DNA of 64,000 bases, from NCBI GenBank assembly GCA_951406725.2, contig OX597824.1, positions 19,778,001-19,842,000 of the forward strand. The letters run 5' to 3'. Below are positions 25,185 to 37,542 of this stretch, piece after piece. Source of the stretch: Octopus vulgaris. Its lineage: Eukaryota. The position numbers and the translations under genes are program-made. The notes under the pieces are model-generated. The model made no database searches. It was not told where the DNA came from and was given only the letters and a program-made list of their open reading frames with translations. Numbering within the stretch: the stretch's first letter is position 1; every line of letters starts with the position of its first letter.

Positions 25185-25515
25185 GATTGGTTACAAGTGA
25201 TGTCCCCAATCAAGCTCGTGAAATTAACGTGCAAGTGGTCGGGTACTCCACAGGCATGTGTACCCTCAACGTAGTTTTCGGGGAGATTCAGTGACACAGT
25301 GTGTGACAAAAGTGGCCCTTTGAAACGTAGACAACAGAAACAGGAAGAAAGAGTGAGAGAACGTTGTGGTGAAAGAGTACAGCAGGGTTCGCCACCACAC
25401 CCTGTCGGAGCCTCGTGGAGCATTAGGTGCTATCACTCCAACACTCACAACGCCCAGTCTGGGAATCGAAACCACAAGTCCACTGCCCTAATCACTGGGT
25501 CATTGCACCTCCACA
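25185..25515 (-). mobile_element. tRNA-derived SINE family 3, alternative-tail variant
   Basis: Minus-strand head TGTGGAGGTGCAATGACCCAGTGATTAGGGCAGTGGAC and body GCTCCACGAGGCTCCGACAGGG...CTGTACTCTTTCACCAC shared with 57232 and 61368, followed by a different 3' half. Confidence 0.8.
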
Positions 25516-25860
25516 CTGATACACTAAGCATGTATTGAACTAAAGACTCAAACACCCTTCATAGAACAGGAATAATATTTGCTAATGTCAATAAAGCTTG
25601 CTTCGAAGTTTCACTGTTAAAACTAGCTTCTCCTGTGTATTTGAGATATTTACCTTCAAGAGAGAATTGAGTACTTCATTTTTTTTTATTTTCCTCTGCA
25701 CCTAAATTACACAAATTCTAATTTATGTGTTTGTACACACCTGTACTCAGGCTCAAATTTTATTTTAACATATCTATAATTTTACTGGTCTTTTTTTTTT
25801 TCATGTGTGGTTTTATATAATATACTGTAATCTCTTTTTAATTAGGTGTATGACGTTTAC

Positions 25861-25892
<32 letters not shown>

Positions 25893-26289
25893 ATCTATTA
25901 CATATACATAGAGTATTTGCATGAATGTTTACTGTTAATATTGTTGCTGAAACTATTATTCGTACAATAATACTATAGTCGTTCATGCAAAATATTTAAA
26001 TTAATATGTCCATAAGTTTTATAATGAGTGTCATGTTGAATAGGGGTTTTAAATATATTTATATCTATCTCTCTCTCTTCATATATATATATATATAAAT
26101 GTGTGTGTGTACATATAAACACATACACACATATGTATTTGTATGTATGTATATATATATGTGTGTGTGTGTACATATAAATACATATACACATACAAAT
26201 GTGTATATGTAAATATGCACATGTATATATTATATATATATGTATATATATATATATGTATGTATATATATATAATATGTAAATGTGTG

Positions 26290-26322
<33 letters not shown>

Positions 26323-26361
26323 ATGTAAATGTGTGTATATATATATATATATATATGTAAA

Positions 26362-26403
<42 letters not shown>

Positions 26404-26444
26404 ATATTTAAATGTGTGTATATATATATATATATATATTTAAA

Positions 26445-26492
<48 letters not shown>

Positions 26493-27119
26493 GTAAATGT
26501 GTGTATATATATATGTATATGTTGGGGTGTGTGTGTATACTCACACATATATAATTTTACAGACATGTATATGTATAAAGTGTTGTGTTGGTTTTTTTTT
26601 TTGCTTCTTTATTGTTTATTTTTGTGTGTATTTTTTTTTCTTTTTGCATTGGTGATATATAGCAAAATTAGTGAATAATTTCAGTAGAAATATCGATTTT
26701 TGAAACAAAACACCGTTGTTGTGGTTGTTGTTGTAGTTGTGTAACAGTGTTTCTCAATAGCTAGGCTGTAATTTAGAAAAGATCTATCGAAAACATTCAA
26801 TTCAAACCTTGTTTGACTAAATAAAAACAAGAAAATAATTAAATATCGCCACCAAACAAACATATAAACTGACATGCTTTCTCTCAATGTCATCTGTTGG
26901 TATTAATTGTGATTCCACAATCTTTCATGCAGTGACTTCAACTATGGAACATGAATGGTTCTTCCAAGCATCAGGCAAAATGCCATTTACGGTGTTCATT
27001 CTAGCTCTTTATGCTTTGAGTTCAAATCCAGTTAGTCGACTTTGCCTTACATCCCTCTGGAAGTTGGTCATACAAAGCATCTTTCAAGTGTCCTAGTTGA
27101 CTATATCAGCCAACTGCCT

Positions 27120-27723
27120 CCCACAAATTTCAGACCATGTCCTTAAATTTATTTCAATTTTTTAAATCATCAACCTGTGACCACGCTTGGTCCTGTGACA
27201 CAAAATCCCTATTTTCAATGTGATTTAAATTGAAACCCTACGTGAAAATTTCTTTTTCTATTCCAAACAAATCTTGGTCCTGTGACACAAAATTCCTATT
27301 TTCAACGTGATTTAAATTGAAACCCTACATGAAAATTTCTTTTTCTATATTCCAAACAAATTTTGGATTGTGTCCTTAAATTTAACTTTTTAGATTATCG
27401 ACCAGTGATCGCGCTTGGTCCTGTGACACAAAATCTCTATTTTTAAAGCGATATAAATTGAAACCCTACGTGAAAATTTCTTTTTCTATTCCAAACAAAT
27501 TTTGGATTGTGTCCTTAAATTTAACTTTTTAGATTATCGACCAGTGATCGCGCTTGGTCCTGTGAAACAAAATCCCTATTTTTAAAGCGATATAATTTGA
27601 AACGCTGCATGAAAATTTCTTTTTATATTCCAAATATCAACTTAATAATTACAGTTCTTTCACTAAATTCTTCATTGTTTTTTAAAATTAATTAAAACCT
27701 AATCAGTGTAGTAACAAAAGGGT
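27120..27723. repeat. Tandem array of four 87-141 bp units ending in a family A-related MITE terminus
   Basis: CTTGGTCCTGTGA(C/A)ACAAAAT starts at 27186, 27273, 27414 and 27553; the last unit runs into ACTAAATTCTTCATT...GTAACAAAAGGG. Confidence 0.85.
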
Positions 27724-29349
27724 TAGAAGGGTGGATAAGGAGTCATTACTTTCTGGAGAATTTTTCTTGGAAGGTATGTAACAGTGGCAAAGATGGGCCT
27801 TTCCAAATGGGTCTTGGCTTGCATCCATAAACTGGGGACTACAGCTGGAAGAGGGTATTTCTGCTTTTGACACCAAGAATAAATAAATCCTTTAGGATTC
27901 CACAATTATCCCCTGGGTGCTTGCCTGCCTCTTTTCAGATTCTGTGGTTCTCTGCGACTGGTTTTTCTTTTGTTGCTAATCCTGCAGTGAATCCTTACCA
28001 TTTTTCTTTCCCTTGTAAAGAAAGTCCCTGTCATCTGTCACCCCTGAGGCAAATAAAAGAAATCGCCGTTCTCACCATCGTCACCAATATCATTGTAGAC
28101 TTCATTGATGAGGAATGGATTAAAATTTAAAAGAAAAAAATTTTTTTTTGCATTCTACATACAAAGAGCTAGTTCCATACATGTTGCAAATATAATTGTT
28201 GTTGTTAATGCTTTCATTGTTATTAATCATCATCATCATCATCATCATTATTATGAAATCTGTAGATAATTGCTTAGCTTGAAAATGGGTTTATGGAGAG
28301 AGGGCACATCATTTTCCTCTTTTTTTTTTTTTTTTACATTCTTTCATTATTATCATTATTATTATTATTACTATTATTATTATTATTATTATCGTTATTA
28401 TTGTTCTTATTATTAGTCTTGTTATTGTCATCATTACTGTTGTCATTATTATGATTTTGCTTTTAAACTTTAACTTCCATAGAAATGCTTTGATGATTTG
28501 TATTCCAATTCTCTTGGAATTTATACCCTCTCCCCCCACCGCACCGTTCTAATCAATTATTTTCATTCGCTAATAATTGACTATTGATTTTTAATATTTT
28601 GATGTCATACATGTACATTATGTATATGACATCCATATATACATACATACACATATACATCACATATGTGTTTATATATATATATATGTATATACATGCT
28701 CGTATGTAATCTTTTATCTCCTTGTTAGACTGATTAGTTTGTTTGAAAAATGTCCAGTTTTCGAGAGACAGCAAGGATTTTTCAAATCCTCTTTCACATT
28801 ATACAATTTTTATGAAGCTCGCCAAAAATAAATAAATGAAATAAAAAAAATTTCCAAAAATTAATAAATAAATGAGATTTAAACCAAAGTACTAATTATA
28901 TAATATTGATCATTTCACATTCCTTAGTTTGGATATTTCTTTAATTAAGGAGTAAAAAAAAAAAAAAATGCAAGAAAAAAAAAAGAAGGAAAAATAACAC
29001 TATAACCAAAATTCCTCGTTGGTAGTTTCATATTTGTAACCTAAACATGGAAATATTGTTTGTATTAGTCGTAGTAATTATCATAATATTTATTGTTTGT
29101 TTGCCTCTTTGATATTTGTGTCTATATTTTATTAATAGTAGCATTGTTGTCTTAAGTTTGTCAGTTATTTCTATACAGTTAGACTTTGTTACTACAGTAT
29201 TTGGAGAATGTTTGTGTGTGTGTGTGTGTGTGTTCTTTAAATAAACACTGAATATTGTTTTAATGGGTATTTTTCACTGGTAACATAGACCAGGTTCATT
29301 ATAGGAGTGTCTTCTGGCTGGGTCTATAATAAATCATAGGATCAACATG

Positions 29350-29391
<42 letters not shown>

Positions 29392-29572
29392 AATATTAGG
29401 GAATAAATCCAAATTTACAGGGAAAAAAAAAACCAGATTTAGGATTAAATCCAATTTTATAGTAAAATATTATATAATATTATTAGAGACAAAACCACTA
29501 TTTTGCAAAACAAACAAGGAAAGACTTAATCAATACATAATCTCTAATAATATTATATATATATATTTATAA

Positions 29573-29745
29573 TCTGCAGCAACACCCCACACGTACCCAT
29601 CGATGTTCGTGTGCAGCAACTGTACCAAGGACTGCCACTCTAGAATTGGACTGTGCAGTCACAGCAGACGCTGCACATCATCAAAGTAGGCCCCACCCTT
29701 GGCGCAACCCATTGTCTATCAAGACAGACGGGGAATAAGAATAAT
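29573..29745 (+). pseudogene. 5'-truncated RTE-clade LINE 3' end (C-terminal Zn-finger-like motif plus 3'UTR)
   Basis: 29603-29689 reads MFVCSNCTKDCHSRIGLCSHSRRCTSSK*, the typical RTE C-terminal CxxC...SRIGL.SH...C motif; followed by GGCGCAACCCATTGTCTATCAAGACAGACGG and a GAATAAGAATAA tail. Confidence 0.78.
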
Positions 29746-30042
29746 CTTACTTCTATAACTTTATAAGGATATTTACACTCTCTAAGATGTTTGGAAAACC
29801 TATATGAAATTTAGCTGAAGAGTACTTGACATTATATTTGCTGTAATATTTGCAGCTTTAATAAAATGTTTATAGTATGAAACAATTGTACTAAACTACC
29901 GATCCATTCTTGTTGCTTATTTTTTGGTTATAATCACCCCACATAATTTTATGGTTAATACCTTAAAAAAATTCTGGTGCATCTCTAAGTTAAGTACCAT
30001 ATTCATTTGAATCTAAATTGTTTTGCTGAAATTATATATATA

Positions 30043-30297
30043 TATCTGTAGTAAATATAATATGTGACAATTATTCAGTAGCCAAGATAAAACTGAGTTT
30101 CGGATGCCGAGGTGGAAATCCACACCACCATCTCTTCAGTTATCCAGCCATCGTGGCGTGGATTTCAGCATCCGAAACTCAGAGTTTTATCTTGGCTCCC
30201 GAATAATTGTCACATATTACATTTACAGATAAATGCCTCTATTTACATAATATCGAGGTCTCTTTCTTTCTTTTGTTATCTTACCGTTTTTACCAAT
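30043..30297. mobile_element. Inverted pair of probable Penelope-like terminal repeats between (TA)n tracts
   Basis: Arms ~30043-30107 and ~30168-30231 are reverse complements (TATGTGACAATTATTC...GCCAAGATAAAACT...GAGTTTCGGATGC); hammerhead core in the left arm. Confidence 0.6.
30086..30144 (-). ncRNA. Type I hammerhead-like motif
   Basis: Minus strand: GAUAA-CUGAAGA-GAUG...CAUC-C-GAAA-C-UCA-GU-U-UUAUC; perfect 5-bp stem I, intact CUGANGA and GAAA, stem II with one extra base next to the core. Confidence 0.55.
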
Positions 30298-30316
30298 ATA
30301 TATATATGTATAATAT

Positions 30317-30451
30317 TTGTCGAGTTCATCTCTTGCTACACTGGGTTTTGTTTGTGGGTGCACAGGGTCTTTTGGGTAAGTCATAACTTACCTGAAGACC
30401 CTGTGCACCCACAGACAAAATGCAGAGTAACAAAACACTGACTTGACCAAA
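30317..30451. repeat. Foldback palindrome (~48-bp arms, 4-nt loop)
   Basis: TTTTGTTTGTGGGTGCACAGGGTCTTTTGGGTAAGT-CATA-ACTTACCTGAAGACCCTGTGCACCCACAGACAAAA; GTATAATAT on both sides (30308-30316, 30452-30460). Confidence 0.8.
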
Positions 30452-30611
30452 GTATAATATATTAATCTCTGCCTATGGCTTTGAGTACTTTTTTCCTCCA
30501 TGTGTGCATCTATGTATATGGATTTTTCCACAATCCCCTACAGTTTTTAGATGTTAAGGAATGGAAAAGAGCTTTCTGTTCTGTTTTCTATAAATTTCTT
30601 AAACCCTAATA

Positions 30612-30988
30612 CGGTACAACCTCGCAGTACGAGTGCCCCATTGTACGAGTAATTTGTACGAACTGAGACTCATGCAAATTTTTGTCTGAAAGTACAAGCA
30701 GAAATCTGCACTAGGAGCACACAAATCGTCCCATCTTTAAGGTAATTCCGTTAATAAAACCAGTTTACGTATTTTTTTTTCATTCTCATTTTTGTAACTG
30801 CCATTTTACTTGTGACTATTTCCATTTTAAAACCCCTAAAAAATTATTTTTGAGTGGTTTTGAGGGGTTGGAACAGATTAATTATATTTTAGTTAATTTC
30901 AGTGATGACATTTCATTTGCAAAACAAGTAAATCATAAGACAAGCTTGGTTATGGAACAAATTAAACTCATACTCCGAGGTATCACTA
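30612..30988. mobile_element. Tigger/pogo-type (Tc1-mariner) MITE
   Basis: TA|CGGTACAACCTCG ... CGAGGTATCACTA, resembling Tigger CAGT...ACCTCG/CGAGGT...ACTG termini. Confidence 0.6.
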
Positions 30989-30992
30989 TGTT

Positions 30993-31020
<28 letters not shown>

Positions 31021-31023
<3 letters not shown>

Positions 31024-31270
31024 TTCTTCTTTGTTTTTCTGCTGGTAATAATTTGTGGTTTTGTATACAAAGAATTTCTTTGAAATTCGTGTGTTGAAGC
31101 ATATTTTATTGTGTCTGGGGAGGGTCATTCTCGTTTAGTGCCTTATTAGTTTAACACACTCACTAGTGCGATTTCCACTCATTTACTTATTCATTTTTTA
31201 AGTAAATGAGTGGAAATCAGACCTGTGAGTGTGTTAAATTGATAAAGCATTAAAAAAGAACGACATTGCT
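31021..31270. mobile_element. Second copy of the family inserted at 450-714, also palindromic
   Basis: GTGTTGAAGCATATT...TGTGTCTGGGGAGGGTCATT is the reverse complement of ~630-670; inverted arms 31151-31189 and 31199-31237; follows a (TA)n tract. Confidence 0.6.
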
Positions 31271-31710
31271 CAGTCCTCATTTTTGAGCAGATATGGTTTG
31301 CCGTTGATCTCAGCGCTTAAATTGGAACTTAATTTTATCAAATCCCAGAAGGATAAAAAACCAAGTTTACCCTGGCAGGATTTGAACTCTGAGCATGAAG
31401 AACTGGAATAATTACAAGTACTTTATCTGATCCCAGTGATGATAACTACTTCTGTAATTGATATTAAGTAAAATAGATGTAGTAATTATGGGGTGGGTTC
31501 TGTTTTACCCACCCTTATGGGGAAACCCATTAGAACTGACAGGAATATTCCTCTGTGACTTTTAACCCACTGGTGCCTTTGTTTATAATAAAGGCACAGG
31601 GCTAGATATTTGGCAGGGATGGGTGGAAAACAATCTAATTAAGCCAGCACAATATTTTAACAACCCTGGTTGAATGGGAAAACACGGTTAGCCATAACAA
31701 GAAACTATAA

Positions 31711-32104
31711 TCTCTCTCTATATAAAGCTGAAGTTGTCTGTGTGTGGCAGGTTTGGTAGCCTTCAACTAACACTATCTCCTCCGAGACCCTGCAGCGCAA
31801 GTAGACCAAAATTGAGAGTATGATAGAAGAAGGCTTGCTCTTCATTTTGTAGAAGAAAAAATTCAAATCAGACCATGTTAACACCAAAAATTATTTACAT
31901 CAAAAAGGTGCTTTTTTTTCTATGAAAATCCCTATTTTTTACGATTTTTTTGACTGCTGTGTCGCCATTTTTCGGTGTATTTCAACCAGAAAAATGTTCA
32001 CTTAAAGAGAATATCAAGCTAGATAATGCAAAATTTTTACTTTTCAAAAATTCCAATTCTAAAGGGTTGAAACAACCCTGAGCAACACCGGCCAATACTG
32101 CTTG
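31711..32104 (-). mobile_element. Non-autonomous Helitron/Helentron-like element, copy 2
   Basis: Reverse complement of 21274-21655; the ORF track gives near-identical spurious peptides (21488+ and 31705-). Confidence 0.6.
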
Positions 32105-32182
32105 TGATTATAATTATTATAATGGTTTCTTATAGTCTAGTCACATTTTTGATGTCAAGGGAAACCGTTGAAATATCTATCC

Positions 32183-32213
<31 letters not shown>

Positions 32214-33430
32214 GGTATATATAAATAGCTGTTATATTTTATTTAGTGTTTCTTTTGATTCTGCTAATCCACAGCTTAATTATAATAACGAGTGGGGTTA
32301 ATTTTGTTGCGCTACTCCTTCAGTTTTCTCTTTTAATTAACAGTTCTGATTTCCTTATTTAGTATTCCTCTTGTTCTGTATCTTTTACCCTCTTCTCTAT
32401 CATCATCATCATTTGTGGGCTGTGTGTGTAGGGGGAGGGGTCAGGGGTTAGAAATTCCTGACCAAATGACGTTCACTTCCTGGAAGTGCCTTTTTCGCAA
32501 ATCAAGTCTGAAGCCAAGTTCCTCGTTGCCTTTCATGCTGTAACCTGATAGGTTGGCATTCTTAGTTAGGCTTGGCCATTCTAAGCCATCCCTTCCAGTA
32601 GTAATCCATAGCCAGCTAATGGTCAGCCACTGTCCAGCTAGCAACTCAACTCAACACACATATACAAACACACACACACAAACACAAACCTCTCCTTTTT
32701 CTCTCTCTCCTTCCTAATTCCTCCCCTACTCCTTGCTCTCCTTTTTCTCTCTCTCTCCTCCAGTTGGTCAATAACCATTTTCTGCTGGTAAATGGTCCAG
32801 TAGTGCTGCAAGACACTTATTGATCGATCCATCACCTTTCTAACTATCCACACCCTCTAATGTCTGACCAACTGCCTGTCTCCTTGTCTACCTAATAAGT
32901 ATCCTCCCTCACTCTTTTTTTTTTCTTTTTTCCTGCCTCTCCCTCTCTCCGTATCCTTTCCGCCATATCTATATAACACACATCACTGCCAATCACTCCT
33001 CCCTCTCTGTCTCCTCTCTCTCTTTCCTTCCCTCTTTATCACTCTTACCCACTCTTCTATATCCCCCCCCACCTCCTCCTCCCTCTCTCCATCTGTCTAT
33101 CGCTCTTTATTTGCTACATTCTTCAGTTTCTTCTGCCTTCCTTATGTCTTATGTTACTTAGCTCAATATTTCATGGCTAACTTGCTTCTATGTAGATCCC
33201 TGTTCGTGTTTGTTTGTATGTGTGTGTGTGTGTGTGTATTAAGTCATGTCTTTAACAAGGTTTGTTATTTTCTCTCTCTGAAAGAAGTCTGTGAATGAAT
33301 TCCTTTATTCCTTTATTCCACTGCATTATTCTTTTCACACAGGTGAATGAAAACAGGAACACACACACACACACACATGCATACACTCAGATATTTTTAT
33401 ATTTACATATATGTATATATGATGGCTTAA

Positions 33431-33902
33431 CCCTTTCTTTACCAACCCAGCTGAAACCGGTTCTGGCTCTGAGTACAAATATCTTGTTTTCATAAGTTTT
33501 GAATTAAAATCATCTACCAAACATTAGTCACAATTTATGTTCCTAACACTAGATTAATGATAACTAACTTATTTTACTAAATTCTTTGTTATATTTAAAG
33601 TAATTGAAAGAAACACAGAACATTTCACAATAAATAGGGTGACAAAAGGGTTAAAATATATAATAGAGAAACAATTCTTAACCCTTTTGATACCAACCCA
33701 GCTGAAGTTGTTTCTGGCTCTGTAGTACAAATATCTTGTTTTCATAAGTTTTGAATTAAAATTGTCCACCAAACCTTAGTCACAATTTATATTCCTGACA
33801 CTAGCTTAATGATAACGAAGTTATTTTACTAAATTCTTTGTTATATTTAAAGTAATAGAAAGAAACACAGAACATCTCAAAATAAATACAGTAACGAATG
33901 GG
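33431..33902 (-). mobile_element. Composite dimer of family A piggyBac-type MITEs
   Basis: Units 33431-33650 and 33682-33902, each bounded by TTAA, joined by a 31-bp spacer. Confidence 0.88.
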
Positions 33903-34252
33903 TTAACTCAACTGTGTATGTATATGTGTACATGTGTGTGTGTGTGTATATATATGATATTACAAGGTTACAAATTTATAAAGGATCCACTCAACTATTT
34001 ATAAGCCAATCCACTCGACTCCCTGAAATTATGGGTCTCGTGTTATCTATCCTGACAGGATTTGAACTTGAATTTTAACTGAGTATTCCAAAGCGTCTTG
34101 TCCATTAATTTGGCCAATGTCACTACTTCCTGATATTCAGTGTGTGTATGAGGATGGCAGGGAACAGTGGATCTCGAAGCAGATGCTAAAGCTATAAATA
34201 ATAGCATGGAAATATTGGGTTAAGTGAGCCCTTTGGTTAGAAAACAACCGAA

Positions 34253-34324
34253 GACTGCAAGTGGGTATTGAACCCATATCTCCTCTAAACATGACGGGCA
34301 TTCTTCCAGTGGACCAAAGCAATC
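34253..34324 (-). pseudogene. tRNA-like pseudogene or isolated SINE head
   Basis: 72 nt; acceptor-like GATTGC/GCAGTC pairing, A-box-like TGGTCCACTGG, T-arm TGGG-TTCAATA-CCCA; anticodon stem does not pair. Confidence 0.35.
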
Positions 34325-34550
34325 TTTTGAATTTAAACCAACCCTAGCTGTTATTTTTTTTAAAACCTGGTACTTATTCTATCGATCTCTTTTACTGAAC
34401 CACTAAGTTATGAGGATATTATAATTTTGCAGTGCCCAAATACTGAAAAGCATACAAGATTATCTTGCATCAAAAATGTTTAAAGCATTTACAATATATA
34501 TATATATATATGCATGTGTATGTGTATGTATGTGTATATATATATATATA

Positions 34551-34790
34551 GGTGTTGAGCTAGCAGAATCATTAGCACGCCGGGCGAAATGCTTAGCGGT
34601 ATTTCGTCTGTCATTACGTTCTGAGTTCAAATTCCGCCGAGGTTGACTTTGCCTTTCATCCTTTCAGGGTCGATAAATAAAGTACCAGTTTCGCACTGGG
34701 GAGGGGGGGGGCGATGTAATCGACTTAATCCTTTTGTCTGTCTTTGTTTGTCCCCTCTATATTTAGCCCCTTGTGGGTAATAAAGAAACA
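34551..34790 (+). mobile_element. SINE family 2, full length
   Basis: GAGCTAGCAGAATCATTAGCACGCCGGGCGAAATGCTTAGCGG...GAGTTCAAATTCCGCCGAGG (B-box)...TTTAGCCCCTTGTGGGTAATAAAGAAA. Confidence 0.85.
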
Positions 34791-35101
34791 CATATATATA
34801 TACATACATACATATATATACATATATATATATATATTCATATGTACACACATGCTCATATGCATATTTAATTAATGTGTGTGTGTGTTTTAGTCTTCTC
34901 TCTTCGTTATCTACATAACTTGCTTTTGACCAAATTAGTCTTTTTTTTTTTTTTTGATTACATGGAGTATTGATGTAAGGTAACCGTGTGTCTCACTAGC
35001 AAATTAATTACAGCGTTAACCAACACATTACCGATTAGTGGTTGCTAACACTTCAATAAATATTTATCATAATTAACCCAACTGATGATATTATTAGTAT
35101 C

Positions 35102-35134
<33 letters not shown>

Positions 35135-35251
35135 TTATCATTCTTATTATTACGCAATGAAAACTGTTTTTAGCAGAGAGAAGGCGCTGCCACAAAATAA
35201 ACAAATAAAATAAAAAGACTCAAGTTTTTAGTGTTTTTTCCTTATTTTCTA

Positions 35252-35284
<33 letters not shown>

Positions 35285-36972
35285 TTGGTGTGCAACTAAA
35301 TAACTTAATTGTTGGTGTCACTAAACAACAACTTTCAAATTGGTTCATAAAACCTGATTTTTTTTGCTTTTGTTTTTGGTATCTTTAAATGTAATTTTTT
35401 TTTAGTTTTTTTTTTTTTTATTTAGTGATGAAATTTTATTTATTTATTGTTTTTTTTTTTTGCAATGTATTTTTATATTTCATTTTCGCTGGCAGTTTTT
35501 TTTTGTTTTGTTTTTTTTTTGGTTTACCCCCCCCCCATCCGAAAATTTTTTCTATTTATTTATTTCTTTCCACGTTATTTGTCTAACGTCTCTCCCTCCC
35601 TCCTGCCTTAACCTTCCCAAGTTGATTTAGTGTTATTCAAAGTGTATCAGTCTTGCCCAATAAAACAGAAATTATCATCATAATTATTATTAGTATTATT
35701 ATTATTATTATTGGTAGTAGTAGTAGTAGTAGTAGTAGTTATAGTAGTGGTTGCAATATTAGTGTTATTAGTATGTTTTTCCATGAATGAATGCTGGGAA
35801 GAACCATGTGTTATCAAATTGGGTGCCGGTGGTGAAGCTGGGTGGAGGATGGTTGGGTTGGTTTGGGGTGGGTTAGGTTTGGGGGGTTGATTTTTTTTTA
35901 TTTTTTGTTGCTTTTTTTTCTTTCTTTTTTTTTCCCCCCTGATATTAACTACCTTCAGCCTCTTCTTTCTTCATCTCTAGTGACCCCCACCCCCATCACC
36001 CCCTCTGCTACCCACGCTCACACATCCACCTGCTGCTCCCCCCACCACCACCACTGCCGCCGTTGCCGCCGCAGCCATGAACCTGGGTGTCCAATCTCTT
36101 GATCCACACCCTCATCTTAACCATATCATGTATTCATCTAGTATTCCACCACCCCGCTCCATATTCATTGAACTCCCGTCTTCAATCGTCACCTCCTCGA
36201 TTCCCCCCCCCACACCTGTTTTTTTCCCTTTATTATTATTATTATTATTATTATTATCATCATCATTTTTTTTCAATTTTTGTTTTCTTTACTGGGGGAT
36301 TTTTTTTTCCACTTTTCTGCGTTTTTATCCTTTTTTTCATCACTCTTTTTTATTTGAATTTTTTTTACTTGCTTTTTAACTTATTTGTTATTTTTAAATT
36401 ATTCTCCTTTATCAATTTAATCATTTTGTTTGTAAGGCGTGTGTGTCTGTATCTGTGTGTGTGTGTGTATGTGTCTATGCACTTGTGTGTATGTGTGTGT
36501 TATAATTTCAAATATTTTTAGTCTTTTAAAAATTTCTTTTAGGAAAAAAAAATTTTTATAACATTTTTTTGTATTATACTATTTTTTCATCACTTCAGGC
36601 TGTTCAATTAGTGTAATCATTATTATTATTATTATTATTATTATTTGCAGTTGCCTTTTTGTTATTTTTTTAATCTTTTTGTTTATAATTTATTGCCAGT
36701 TACTGAAACTTGTGGAGTTAACTTCAAATAACCCCAGTTGGTTTTAGTGAGAATAGAGGAATATAACAGCACCAGACTTGGTACCGTTTTACACCGAATT
36801 TGCTTACCTTCAGTTACCTGGTTCAAATTTCACTGAGTCTGGTTGACTCTCCTAATAAACAATTTTATTACTAATACAGTGGACTTAGCCAGTTTGGGAA
36901 ATAAATTTAATAGAAATATTAAATTGCTGTCTGCTGAAGAATGGTTCAAATTTTCCCCAGTTTTTGTAGATA

Positions 36973-37305
36973 TAATTTCACCTCCGACCTGATGGTTTCA
37001 TTAACACTATTCTGCGAAATTAAATTTACCAAAGATGAAACTGGTATTTTATGCACGCCGTATTACCGCAATAAACTTGACGTAGTAATTTCTGTTAAAC
37101 TGATCTGTATAACAAAAACTGGTCTTACATAGATGAAATAAAGATATAAATTATTGGTGATTATTAAAGGCCGGGTCTTTACATTATTTTGGTTTCCATT
37201 TATTTTGTTTTCCGTTTGTCCCCAGAAATATATAAAACCCTTCACCTAATCAAAAGAAGCCTTTTATTTTTTTTTGTTCTGTGAAATTACACTGAGGTGA
37301 AATTA
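36973..37305. mobile_element. Candidate MITE with 12-bp terminal inverted repeats
   Basis: TAATTTCACCTC (36973-36984) and GAGGTGAAATTA (37294-37305); single copy in the window. Confidence 0.35.
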
Positions 37306-37542
37306 AGTTCTTTTTACTCTTTCAAATTGCTTGACACTTCTCTCGGTACCAGTAACTGACTTGCCTCTTTGCCTAAAATTGCTGACCTTGTTGCCAAAGT
37401 TAGAATTATTATTATTATTATTATTGTTGTTTTTTTATTTTCTTCTTTCAAATTTGCTTCCATTTCTTGCCAAGCGTCTTCCCAACTCCTAGGGCAAAGA
37501 AACTCTTATTGCTATTATTATTATTTTTATTATTATTATTTA

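Noticed and set aside
21488-31887. Two near-identical ORFs (MVLTWSDLNFFFY...) suggesting a gene pair
   Set aside because: Both lie inside copies of the same non-autonomous repeat and start at non-ATG codons.
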